Positions 10,589 through 19,762 of a stretch of 64,000 bases of DNA are shown piece by piece. The DNA comes from Promethearchaeota archaeon. Lineage in GTDB: Archaea; Asgardarchaeota; Lokiarchaeia; Sigyniarchaeales; SOKP01. The notes under the pieces were generated by a model. It did not search any database. It worked only from the letters and a program-made list of their open reading frames with translations, and was not told the DNA's origin. A program made the position numbers and the translations under genes. The DNA lies in contig JAHPZJ010000006.1 of NCBI GenBank assembly GCA_019058245.1, forward strand, positions 96,457 to 160,456, read 5' to 3'. Positions within the stretch are counted from its first letter, which is position 1, and each line of letters opens with the position of its first letter.

Positions 10589-11614
10589 ATGGGGAATAAA
10601 AAAACAACATTCTCAATTTCAATTTCTCAATCCATAAAAAATTATCTCGAGAGATATCAGCGTTCAATATTTAACAAATCAAAAGATAAAAGATTTAAAA
10701 ATATTTCAGTGTTTATTAACAAAATTTTAGAAATATGCGTAATTTTTTTTAGCCAAGGAAATGGATTAGACGATCTTGAAGAAATTACAAAAACTCCCAG
10801 AAAAGAAGTCTCTGATTTTTTTGAGGATTTATTGGTTGGTGTAAATCCTTATCAATTTGAAGAGTCTATTAAGTTTGATAAATATCGCCCCTTAGGGAAA
10901 CTATATTTCAATACATTTGCGATTTATAGGAATTTTATATCCAATACTTTTAAGGGAGAAAGTGCCTCTGATGAACGTATTGTTAAAATTATGAACTTCA
11001 TTGGATCGTTTTTATTAAAGAATAAATTAACCGAGAGATTTGATGCATATTTACAACATGATAATATTATTATCGAGTATAGAGGTTATTTTAGCAATAT
11101 ACATTATAATTATAGTAAGGGAATAGCGGGATTATGTGGTTATTTTGGTTTTAGGATAATTGATTTCTATTATGAAGACAAATTTACTAGGCTTGTCTTT
11201 AAAAAAACTCCATTAGTTAAAGATTTGAAATTCTCTCTAAAAGAAAGGAAGGCTTTAAGTTTTTACAATTCAAATAGATTTATCTCACTGGATCATATAC
11301 TTAATAATGAGAAAATATATTTATGGATGGATGTCTCAGAAAATAATAACAGTATAGTAGGCGTTAAAGATTATATTTCTGGGAAGGAAATTATATCCGA
11401 ATATCTCTCTAAGTTGGAAAATATTGATATTCAAGAAAATTTGGATAAGAATGTATTTTTGAATGAAAATATTTTAAAAATGCTATCCTCCTTTAATTGG
11501 ATCATTCTTAAAGATATAAAAAATAGTGATTTTATTTTTAATATTAAAGAGAAAGATCATCCTATTGAATTTCGGATTCTAAAAGAAATTCTTGATAAAT
11601 ATCATCTGTTATAA
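10589..11614 (+). CDS. Hypothetical protein with possible N-terminal ribbon-helix-helix
   Basis: KKTTFSISISQSIKNYLERY has an RHH-like beta/helix pattern. ATG at 10589 or 10571 is more plausible than the TTG at 10490. Confidence 0.55.
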   Translation: MGNKKTTFSISISQSIKNYLERYQRSIFNKSKDKRFKNISVFINKILEICVIFFSQGNGLDDLEEITKTPRKEVSDFFEDLLVGVNPYQFEESIKFDKYRPLGKLYFNTFAIYRNFISNTFKGESASDERIVKIMNFIGSFLLKNKLTERFDAYLQHDNIIIEYRGYFSNIHYNYSKGIAGLCGYFGFRIIDFYYEDKFTRLVFKKTPLVKDLKFSLKERKALSFYNSNRFISLDHILNNEKIYLWMDVSENNNSIVGVKDYISGKEIISEYLSKLENIDIQENLDKNVFLNENILKMLSSFNWIILKDIKNSDFIFNIKEKDHPIEFRILKEILDKYHLL

Positions 11615-11658
11615 TTTAAGAGCTTGCGTTTTACTCTAATTTTGGATTTTTCGAAAAA

Positions 11659-12261
11659 TTATAAAATTTTAGCTAAATTATACCCCTGTTCAATTAACTC
11701 ATAATTTAACTTTCCCAATTTTTCACCCATTCTCTTATACACTACCATTTTTAAAATTTCTAATTTTAAATCTGGTAGTGCTTTTGATAACAACCCCAGT
11801 ATTGGAGTATTAATTACAGGATTTCCATCTATTGTTAAATTCTTCTCTAATGCTAATTTGCTTATATCCGCAACTATTACTTTAGTATCCTTATTTAAAT
11901 TATACTCATTAACAAAAAACTCCGGGTTCTTTTCAGAGTTGATAATAAAAATACCGTCTTGCTCAAGGGAAGAGGCAATTTCATGATTTAAAACGGATTC
12001 ATCAAAGATAATTAGAATATTTGGAAATTCTATTTGAGCTCTATCCCATATGATTTCTGTTCGAGAGAGTTTAGCATATGCTTGTATAGGAGCTCCTCTC
12101 CTTTCTGCCCCAAATGAGGGATATGCATGAACATCAACATAATTTCCACTCAAATATGCAGCTTCTGCAATAATTTCACATGCAGTAACAGCACCCATTC
12201 CTCCTCTACCATGTATAGTTATATTTATAATTTCAGAATTGTTACTTTTTTCTTTAGGCAT
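11659..12261 (-). CDS. porG: 2-oxoacid:ferredoxin oxidoreductase gamma subunit
   Basis: IHGRGGMGAVTA, PSFGAERRGAP, PVINTPILG. Confidence 0.93.
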   Translation of the reverse strand: MPKEKSNNSEIINITIHGRGGMGAVTACEIIAEAAYLSGNYVDVHAYPSFGAERRGAPIQAYAKLSRTEIIWDRAQIEFPNILIIFDESVLNHEIASSLEQDGIFIINSEKNPEFFVNEYNLNKDTKVIVADISKLALEKNLTIDGNPVINTPILGLLSKALPDLKLEILKMVVYKRMGEKLGKLNYELIEQGYNLAKIL

Positions 12262-12599
12262 GTAAAGAACCTACAAATTAGTTAAAATGGCAATGAATAG
12301 ATCAATTTAGTATGAAATAAACTTTTTTTTTTTAACTTAGTTAAATTGAATAAACAAATAATTTTCTTTAAATTTTCTTTGAAAAAAATATTTTGAACTA
12401 AATTTAATGAGTAATTTACATTGTCTTTTTATACCCTAGAATTACATTCCAGAATTTTTCATTTTGATTTGACTTATTTTCTTAAAAATGTGTAATTAAG
12501 TGAGATTGATTAGAAAAAGAATAAATATAATTCGAGTTTTCTAAATCTATATAAATGCTAAGTTATAAGATTAATTAAAAGAAAATTGTGTGAGAAAAA

Positions 12600-13274
12600 A
12601 TGGATTTTGTATCACTTATTTTTCAATCTACTGCTTTTATCGCTGCTTTTTATGTTGCTATAATAATTATTAGGAAAGATATACAATATATTGGAAATAA
12701 ATTATTCGTTATATCTTTTATATTATTTGGATTATATGCTCTTGTTTTGTTCTTGTATGAATTTCCGATTTCGATTATAGTCAATGAATTCCTTATAGGG
12801 TCCTCATTAATAATAATAGTAATAGGTATAGTTTTCTTTGTACTATCGATGCAGGTTTTTGCTCAGAGCTCGATATTTTTAAAAAACACAATCACCAAAG
12901 TGATTACTGTAATTTCTGTAGCAGTGTGTGTTCTAACTTTCTTTTTCCCATATAGAGTTTTGCAGATTCAACCAGAAATAGAAGCAGATAAAAATCTCGT
13001 TTCCCTTTTAACCACGGGAATTTGGGTTTTTATTTTAATGATTTATAATTCAATTCAGCTATATAAGACATTACAAAATATGGAAGATCCAGATAAAACC
13101 TTAAAGAACAAGATAAAACTTTTATTGACTGCTCAGCTTATTGGAATATTAAGTCCTACGATGAGTGTAATTGGCAATATAACAAAAAACTCATTGTTAC
13201 ACTCGACTATGTTTATATTTTTGGCAATCCCAATGGTTATTATTGGTTTTATAATTTCAAAAGAGAGAGATTAA
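12600..13274 (+). CDS. Stand-alone 7TM-like integral membrane protein
   Basis: About seven hydrophobic segments; resembles the N-terminal 7TM sensor region of histidine kinases. Confidence 0.65.
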   Translation: MDFVSLIFQSTAFIAAFYVAIIIIRKDIQYIGNKLFVISFILFGLYALVLFLYEFPISIIVNEFLIGSSLIIIVIGIVFFVLSMQVFAQSSIFLKNTITKVITVISVAVCVLTFFFPYRVLQIQPEIEADKNLVSLLTTGIWVFILMIYNSIQLYKTLQNMEDPDKTLKNKIKLLLTAQLIGILSPTMSVIGNITKNSLLHSTMFIFLAIPMVIIGFIISKERD

Positions 13275-13416
13275 AAGAATCTATAATTTTTATTTTTAAA
13301 AGCATTCTCTAAAAAAATAAAAAAGAAATCAAAGAAAATAATATTAAGCAGATAAAAATATTATAAATTATCATTATTCTTATAACTAGCAATTTTAATA
13401 TCTAAGTGAATTAAAC

Positions 13417-14262
13417 ATGAAAAATGAAACAGGATTTTTTGAAGGAAGAGAATTGAAAAAATTATTTTATCAATATTGGTTACCAGATTCGGGAGATATA
13501 AAAGCATATGTTGTAGCATTTCATGGATGGGGTACTCATTCTGATAGATTGAAAGATGTGGCTAATTATCTTACAGAAAATGGATATGCTGTTTATGCGT
13601 TTGATTTAAGAGGGCATTGGAGAAATGCTGGTGATATTCCAGGCCATATAGATAGTATGGATCATATCCAAAAGGATACGCTTCTCTTTATGGATATGCT
13701 CCGTGATATTGCGGGAAATAAAAAAATTTTTCTGATGGGACATTCTTTTGGAGGTTTAATATGTTTAATTTTTGCTATTAATCACCCAAACTTAGCAGGA
13801 GTGTTGGTATCATCTCCATTATTAGGAATGTTTTTAAAATTATCAATGGGTAAAAAAGTTATAAAATCAATATCTAAAACTCTTGATAAATTATCACCAA
13901 ATAAGATATTAGATAATATTATCGATCAAAATCAATTAACAAGTGATTTAAAAATATTAAGAGAACATATTGCGGATAAACATAAAACAGAAGTAATATC
14001 TGCCAAGTCTGCGACTGAAATTGATAAATTTTCAAAATGGGCAATGGATAATGCCTCAAAATTACTTTGTCCAATATTTATTATGCAATCTGGAGATGAC
14101 AAAATAGTAGATAAGGATATGGCTAATCAATTCTTTAAACTTATTAGCTTCAAAGATAAAACTTATCGTGAATATGATGGCTTTCTACATGAATTATGGA
14201 ATGAAAAAGGAAGAGTACAAGTTTATCAAGATATGTATGTGTGGTTAGAAAAACATTTGTAA
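13417..14262 (+). CDS. Alpha/beta hydrolase (lysophospholipase/monoacylglycerol lipase family)
   Basis: FHGWG, FDLRGH, nucleophile elbow GHSFGG, D.IV, HELWNE. Confidence 0.92.
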   Translation: MKNETGFFEGRELKKLFYQYWLPDSGDIKAYVVAFHGWGTHSDRLKDVANYLTENGYAVYAFDLRGHWRNAGDIPGHIDSMDHIQKDTLLFMDMLRDIAGNKKIFLMGHSFGGLICLIFAINHPNLAGVLVSSPLLGMFLKLSMGKKVIKSISKTLDKLSPNKILDNIIDQNQLTSDLKILREHIADKHKTEVISAKSATEIDKFSKWAMDNASKLLCPIFIMQSGDDKIVDKDMANQFFKLISFKDKTYREYDGFLHELWNEKGRVQVYQDMYVWLEKHL

Positions 14263-14342
14263 AAGAACATTATAGAGATTTTTTTTATCTAAATTAATCC
14301 TTTCCTCTTGTCAATTTTTGGTTTTCTTATATTAATCTTCAT

Positions 14343-15500
14343 CTATTTCACACCTCCATATACAGCAAAATAATAGCATTTCCAAATTACGTCAACATAT
14401 TTAAAACCAATATTATCAAGCCACTTTAGCTGGTTGAAAAGTACGGCAGGACAGTCTTCTTGACGATGATCTATGAGAATTCTCTCAATATCATCCATTG
14501 AATAATTACTTCTTAAAAAATCAGTCCATTGCTTTACATACATATCTTGTAAATAATTATTTGAACCCAGAATATTATCCAAATTATAAAATACTCCTCC
14601 TTGATTAAGAGCGTCATAAATTTTTGTATAAAACTTAACTTTATCTTCATCAGACCTAAGATGATGTAAGGCTAATGATGATAATATTACATCACACTGA
14701 GCTGTAAAAGATAGCATATTAAAATCATCTATAAGAAATTCAACATTGTTAAAGTTTGAAAGCTTTTTTTTAGCTAACTCGACCATATTCTCTGATACAT
14801 CAATCATAGTTAATTTAGAATTCGGAAAGTGCATTTTTATCAATTTTGAGAGATTTCCTGTCCCAGAGCCTAAATCAACTATTTTTATTTGTTGATGTAT
14901 ATCAAATGGTATAGAATTTATCAATGCTATCAGCATTTCATTATAATAGGGAACTACTTTGGGGATAAAATCATCATATGCAAATGATATTTCTTCAAAT
15001 CGAACTCTAATTTTTTCATTTATACTTTTTGTATTATACTTCTCTAAATACAAAAGTTTAACATTTTCATTCAATTCCTCGGTTTTAAATATATTATATC
15101 CCAGTTTCTGATAAAGATATAGATTTTTTTCGCTCTTAAATCCAGTAAATAATTCAAATCTGTCAGCATAGCTAAAGTTGTTTTCAATCTTTCTAAGAAT
15201 TAAAGTACCTAACCCTTGATTTTGATATTCTGGATGGACTATTAATTTTCCTATGAAGCATGATTCTTTATCTCGATATGCTCTTACCGATCCAATTATT
15301 TTATCATTTTTTAAAGCTTTTAGAAATATACTTTTTCTAAACTCCTCTTTAAGTTCTTCAATTGTCTGATGTAAAGGAGGGATATTGAAATCATTGTAGA
15401 TTTCTGCTTCGCTTTGATATGCTATTTTTTGAAGTTGAAGAATTTCATCTAAATCATTTTCTTTAACTGATTTAATTTCAACAGATTTAATTTCACTCAT
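14343..15500 (-). CDS. GNAT acetyltransferase fused to a CmoA-like class I SAM methyltransferase
   Basis: N-terminal LIVHPEYQNQGLG and NLYLYQKLGY (GNAT); C-terminal VDLGSGTG, SSLALHHL, LNQGG. Confidence 0.85.
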   Translation of the reverse strand: MSEIKSVEIKSVKENDLDEILQLQKIAYQSEAEIYNDFNIPPLHQTIEELKEEFRKSIFLKALKNDKIIGSVRAYRDKESCFIGKLIVHPEYQNQGLGTLILRKIENNFSYADRFELFTGFKSEKNLYLYQKLGYNIFKTEELNENVKLLYLEKYNTKSINEKIRVRFEEISFAYDDFIPKVVPYYNEMLIALINSIPFDIHQQIKIVDLGSGTGNLSKLIKMHFPNSKLTMIDVSENMVELAKKKLSNFNNVEFLIDDFNMLSFTAQCDVILSSLALHHLRSDEDKVKFYTKIYDALNQGGVFYNLDNILGSNNYLQDMYVKQWTDFLRSNYSMDDIERILIDHRQEDCPAVLFNQLKWLDNIGFKYVDVIWKCYYFAVYGGVK

Positions 15501-15699
15501 TATTTTTTCTCCTCAAAAATTTTTTCCGATATATCATTTCGATTATTTTTTTTTATTTTTTTCTGATATTTTTTTTTTTCACTCATATTCAATATATTTT
15601 ATGAATTGGATTAGAATTTCTTAAAGAAGTGAAAGATAGTTGGAATGATATAAGAATATCTTTAATTTTTAAAAAAAACAGAAATTCTAATAATTAAAC

Positions 15700-15727
15700 C
15701 ATTGCGCACGTTCTACGCGTGCCAATG
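15700..15727 (-). promoter_or_regulatory. Leader hairpin over the last Trp codon and the stop
   Basis: CATTG-GCACG [CGTAGAA] CGTGC-g-CAATG: 10-bp stem with one bulge. Confidence 0.65.
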
Positions 15728-15790
15728 TAATACCCAAAACCAACTAATGAAAAATTTTCTTAAGCTTAAGTTTTTTTTAATTGTTGTCAT
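15713..15790 (-). CDS. Putative Trp-rich leader peptide (25 aa) MTTIKKNLSLRKFFISWFWVLHWHA
   Basis: Read directly on the minus strand: three TGG codons in the last nine codons, TAG stop inside a hairpin loop, same architecture as the leader before trpD. Confidence 0.7.
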   Translation of the reverse strand: MTTIKKNLSLRKFFISWFWVLHWHA

Positions 15791-15839
15791 TTTTCATTCA
15801 AAAGGTTTTGTTAATTATACAAATGTAATAATTAATTGA

Positions 15840-15854
15840 TATTTATATTTTTTT
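15840..15854 (-). promoter_or_regulatory. BRE/TATA-like promoter of leader 2
   Basis: AAAAAAATATAAATA about 50 nt upstream of the leader ATG; identical to 24597..24611. Confidence 0.6.
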
Positions 15855-15929
15855 AAATTCCTTAAATAATGATAAATTAGATTATTTTTTCTAATTTCTA
15901 TTGTCTATTTAAGATTTAGAAAATCTTAA

Positions 15930-16148
15930 ATGGATATATATGCATGGAATACGAAAGTGAGCAGTTTGTTTGATTTCAATAAAGATCCCAGATTGAATAA
16001 TAATATCATATCAGAAAATCCAGATAAAGTGAAAGAACTACTTGAACTGTGTTGGAAAGATGCCCGAGAACCAATTGACTTTGATTTCATGCGCCATTTT
16101 AAAGATCGACTGGGTTGTACACCAGTAACTCGAAAATTAACCAAATAA
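15930..16148 (+). CDS. Small hypothetical protein or gene fragment (72 aa)
   Basis: ATG-started ORF with protein-like composition in otherwise very AT-rich DNA. Confidence 0.45.
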   Translation: MDIYAWNTKVSSLFDFNKDPRLNNNIISENPDKVKELLELCWKDAREPIDFDFMRHFKDRLGCTPVTRKLTK

Positions 16149-16217
16149 TCCAAAGGGATTTTTTTTACTAAATAATTTCACCTAAAATAAATTAATAATA
16201 GTATAGTGAAAAAAGAT

Positions 16218-16324
16218 AGTTAGTAATATTTAACAAAATGTGATAAAAACCTAACATTTATATATGTTAATTATTTCTAATAATATGTTAATTATTTCTA
16301 ACAAATTATGAAAAAAATATAACA
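16218..16324 (+). promoter_or_regulatory. Array of TGTTA-N8-TAACA-like operators around a TATA box
   Basis: 18-bp sites at 16218, 16239, 16265, 16286 and (degenerate) 16307, with 21-bp phasing; TTTATATA at 16257-16264. Confidence 0.7.
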
Positions 16325-16336
16325 AGTGGTGATAAA

Positions 16337-16654
16337 ATGGATATAGGAATAATAATTCTGTTGATTCTAGGAATATTTCTGGCACAAATTTTGATTTTTC
16401 TATTTGTGTTCAGATATACAAAGAAAAAAGGGATACTTCTAAGAGATGAAATGACCCGCGGGATGATGCGTAAATCTAGCGAAATTTCGTTTTGGGGATC
16501 TTGGGTTTTCTGGATCATTATCTTAATATTAGAATCAATTTCAGAGTTCACCTTCAATTGGTATATCTATTGCGGACTAATAGGAATGGGAGTTATTTAC
16601 GTAATTTCTAATGCAATCATAAAATTCCAATTAAAAAACAAAGGTCAGGATTAA
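16337..16654 (+). CDS. Small membrane protein, DUF2178-like
   Basis: Three hydrophobic segments with [15 protein letters not shown] after TM1; translationally coupled to the XRE gene. Confidence 0.7.
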   Translation: MDIGIIILLILGIFLAQILIFLFVFRYTKKKGILLRDEMTRGMMRKSSEISFWGSWVFWIIILILESISEFTFNWYIYCGLIGMGVIYVISNAIIKFQLKNKGQD

Positions 16655-16896
16655 TGGCGAAGAAAACTAAAGAAGAGGAGTTTACTACCAGAATCAAGGA
16701 ATTACGGGCTAGATATAATCTGACTCAGAGTGATTTAGCTAAAATGGTTAATGTCCGGCGCGAGACGATCCTTTATATTGAAAAAGGAAAATATAATCCT
16801 TCTCTTGTTCTAGCTCATAAAATCTCAAAAGCATTGAACTCTAAAATCGATGAGATATTTCTCTTTGCAGATGATCAAGACACTAATCCTATTTAA
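16654..16896 (+). CDS. XRE-family HTH transcriptional regulator
   Basis: [44 protein letters not shown]. Confidence 0.95.
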   Translation: MAKKTKEEEFTTRIKELRARYNLTQSDLAKMVNVRRETILYIEKGKYNPSLVLAHKISKALNSKIDEIFLFADDQDTNPI

Positions 16897-16920
16897 TCAT
16901 TTTTTTTTTTAAGATTAAAA

Positions 16921-17514
16921 TTAAAGCTCTAAGAAATTTTTTAAGATTTGAATGCCGTGTGGCTTCATTTTGATGGATTCGGGGTGGAATTGAAGACCTT
17001 CTACGGGATATTGCTTATGTCGAACTCCCATAATCGTACCATCATCCGCTGTTGCAGAGATTTTAAGGTTTTGAGGGAGGATATCCCCCTTTGCTGCTAG
17101 TGAATGATATCGAATAACCTGTAAAGGATTGGAAACATCTTTTAATACTGTTTTTTGGTCGTGAAACACTTTAGATTCTTTACCATGCATAGGGCCTACT
17201 TTAGCTCTTCCTACATATTCCACATTTTCATCTTCTCCAAAAGCTTCGACAATCGCTTGATGACCTAAACAGATCCCCAATATTGGTATTTTGGAGTAGA
17301 ACTCTTTAATGATTGGAATTACTGTACCCGTATCATATTTAGGATGCCCAGGACCAGGTGAGATAATTATCTTATCAGCATTCATTTCTTTTACTTTATC
17401 TACTGCAATATGGTTATCCTCAACAATTATTTCAGCGTCTGGTTGTAATTGACATATATAATTGACCAGATTATACACAAAACTATCATAATTATTAATA
17501 AATAGAATTTTCAT
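16921..17514 (-). CDS. trpG: Anthranilate synthase component II
   Basis: NYDSFVYNL, ISPGPGHP, GICLGHQ, RYHSL, QFHPES. Confidence 0.96.
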   Translation of the reverse strand: MKILFINNYDSFVYNLVNYICQLQPDAEIIVEDNHIAVDKVKEMNADKIIISPGPGHPKYDTGTVIPIIKEFYSKIPILGICLGHQAIVEAFGEDENVEYVGRAKVGPMHGKESKVFHDQKTVLKDVSNPLQVIRYHSLAAKGDILPQNLKISATADDGTIMGVRHKQYPVEGLQFHPESIKMKPHGIQILKNFLEL

Positions 17515-19007
17515 TTTTGTCTCGCCTCTGCGATTTTTATTGATTTCAATACACTATAGAGTTTATTATAAGTCTCCATATATTCTTCATGAGGTTGACT
17601 ATCAGCAACAATACCTCCTCCAGCTTGTGCAAAATATGAGCCATTTCTTCCAAATAGAGTTCTTATTGCAATAGCAAATGTCATATCGCCATTGAAGCTA
17701 AAATACCCGACTCCACCACCATAGGGACCCCTTGACTCTGTTTCTAATTCTTGAATTAACTCCATAGCACGTTTCTTTGGAGCTCCCGAAAGTGTTCCAG
17801 CGGGGAATACACTCTTTAAGACTTGATATCCGTCTAATGGCGTTTTACTTCTAACTTTACTAACAATATGTTGGACTTTTTGATATTTCTGGACTGCCAT
17901 TAGTTCAAATGTATCAACAGAACCCGGATATGAGACCTTAGCTAAGTCGTTCCTTGCTAAATCCACCAGCATTATGTGTTCAGCCTGCTCTTTTGGATCA
18001 TTAAGCAATTCTTTTTCTAACTTTAAATCTTCCTCGGGTGTCTTACCTCTCCTAATCGTACCTGCGATTGGCACTGTGTTAAGAACATTTTTATTCTTGG
18101 AAATAAGTGCTTCGGGGCTACTTCCAATGATCTTAATCTTTCCAAAATTTATATTGTACATATATTGGGAAGGATTAAGCACTCTGAGAACCTCGTAGAT
18201 CTTCATAGCATCGATTTTACTATCCGTGTATAGCCTTCGGGAAATAACTGCTTGTATTATGTCACCCGCGTAAATATGTTCTTTTGTTTTTTCAATCATT
18301 CTTGCATGAGCACTTTCACTCGTATTTGAACGGAACGTGGATTCATCCACTTCATCTATATCTATTGGAATTTCCTTTTTTACGTCCGATTTATTATTTC
18401 TATTAAACAGACTAAGTTGATAACGAATGTCCTTATCTTTAGAATAGTCATCGATGCTATTATCAATCATAAATAGGGCGTTTGATGCATGGGAGTAAAC
18501 CAAAACTTTTGTATAGAGTGCCATCATAATATCTGGAAACTCACTCGTGGATTTATATCCTACATATGGAGCCACCACATCATAACCGATGTATCCTAAC
18601 ATCCCACCATAAAAGATATTCCTTGGGAATAATTCCGTAAAAGGAAGGTTAGAATAAGGAGTGAGACGACTAAGTGTATTAAGAGCTAACATATTATAAT
18701 CCACATTATCCTTGAAAGGGAGGGGATTATGCGGTCTTTCCTCAACTGGATCTTTCGATTCCATATACTCTTTGATAGTCTCACCTCTAGCGCTCGTGAT
18801 ATCGTACATTTTAAATTGATCTTCTTTAATTTCCAGTATAAAATCCGGATCTAGAGCAATAAAACTATATAACGTTTCTTTTGTATTCTCTGAAGCAGAC
18901 TCCAAGAGCGCATGCTTTTTCAAGTCATATTTCTTTACTAAATATTTATAAAATTCAAAGATGTTTTCCAATTCTCCAATTTTTTCAATATGAATATCAA
19001 ATTCCAT
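17511..19007 (-). CDS. trpE: Anthranilate synthase component I
   Basis: LLESA, NPSQYM, GSSPE, PIAGT, AEHIMLVDLARNDL, FPAGTLSGAPK. Confidence 0.96.
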   Translation of the reverse strand: MEFDIHIEKIGELENIFEFYKYLVKKYDLKKHALLESASENTKETLYSFIALDPDFILEIKEDQFKMYDITSARGETIKEYMESKDPVEERPHNPLPFKDNVDYNMLALNTLSRLTPYSNLPFTELFPRNIFYGGMLGYIGYDVVAPYVGYKSTSEFPDIMMALYTKVLVYSHASNALFMIDNSIDDYSKDKDIRYQLSLFNRNNKSDVKKEIPIDIDEVDESTFRSNTSESAHARMIEKTKEHIYAGDIIQAVISRRLYTDSKIDAMKIYEVLRVLNPSQYMYNINFGKIKIIGSSPEALISKNKNVLNTVPIAGTIRRGKTPEEDLKLEKELLNDPKEQAEHIMLVDLARNDLAKVSYPGSVDTFELMAVQKYQKVQHIVSKVRSKTPLDGYQVLKSVFPAGTLSGAPKKRAMELIQELETESRGPYGGGVGYFSFNGDMTFAIAIRTLFGRNGSYFAQAGGGIVADSQPHEEYMETYNKLYSVLKSIKIAEARQK

Positions 19008-19042
19008 TTTTTTATCTGTCCTTTTTATTTTTTTGTTTATAT

Positions 19043-19759
19043 TTATTTATTTTTAATTCCAAAAGCTCTTGGACATTTAACTCTGCATAGATTACATTTT
19101 TGGAGTGTATATCCTTTCTGATGTTTAAAATTCGATATTGGCCTACAAAGTGCTTGATTTACCGTTTCTCCATTTAATGCTTGTTGAGGACAAAATTCAA
19201 TACATATATTACATGAATCCAAACATCCTTCATAAGTGGCAATTGCATCTGCTTCTAGCTCAATATCTACCAGAACGGCTCCAAGTTGGATCATATTACC
19301 ATAAATATTATTAATTAAAAGAGTATTTTTTCCAATAACTCCAAGACCACTAAGATAACCTGCATGTCTTAATGACAAAATTGCTCTTCCATAAGACCTA
19401 TCTGGTTCCCAATACTCGTATGGGTCATCTGATGGTATGGGGACACATCTTATTCCCAATTCCTCTAAGCTATATAAAATATCAATAGTTAATTTATCAA
19501 TAATCCTCATAATCATGCTATTTACAAAAGTATATGGAACACAATTAACAGCATAATTTGAACTGTTAGGAGTTCTTTTTAAGAATACAACTATTGATTT
19601 ACATTCTGGAAAAATATCAGTAGGATGAAATCCTTTAGGCGCATCTTTAAATCTATCAACTGATGCAATTCCACATAGATCAGCTCCTAAATTATTTATT
19701 CTATTCTTAATATAGTTAGAATTAATATTATTGAGTAACTCATTTTCAGTATTTCTCAC
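19043..19759 (-). CDS. QueG-like (epoxyqueuosine reductase-like) Fe-S protein
   Basis: GADLCGIA...P.DI.PECKSIVV, LSLRHAGYLSGLGVIGKNTLL, CLDSCNICIEFCP, CNLCRVKCP. Confidence 0.82.
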   Translation of the reverse strand: MRNTENELLNNINSNYIKNRINNLGADLCGIASVDRFKDAPKGFHPTDIFPECKSIVVFLKRTPNSSNYAVNCVPYTFVNSMIMRIIDKLTIDILYSLEELGIRCVPIPSDDPYEYWEPDRSYGRAILSLRHAGYLSGLGVIGKNTLLINNIYGNMIQLGAVLVDIELEADAIATYEGCLDSCNICIEFCPQQALNGETVNQALCRPISNFKHQKGYTLQKCNLCRVKCPRAFGIKNK

Positions 19760-19762
19760 TAT

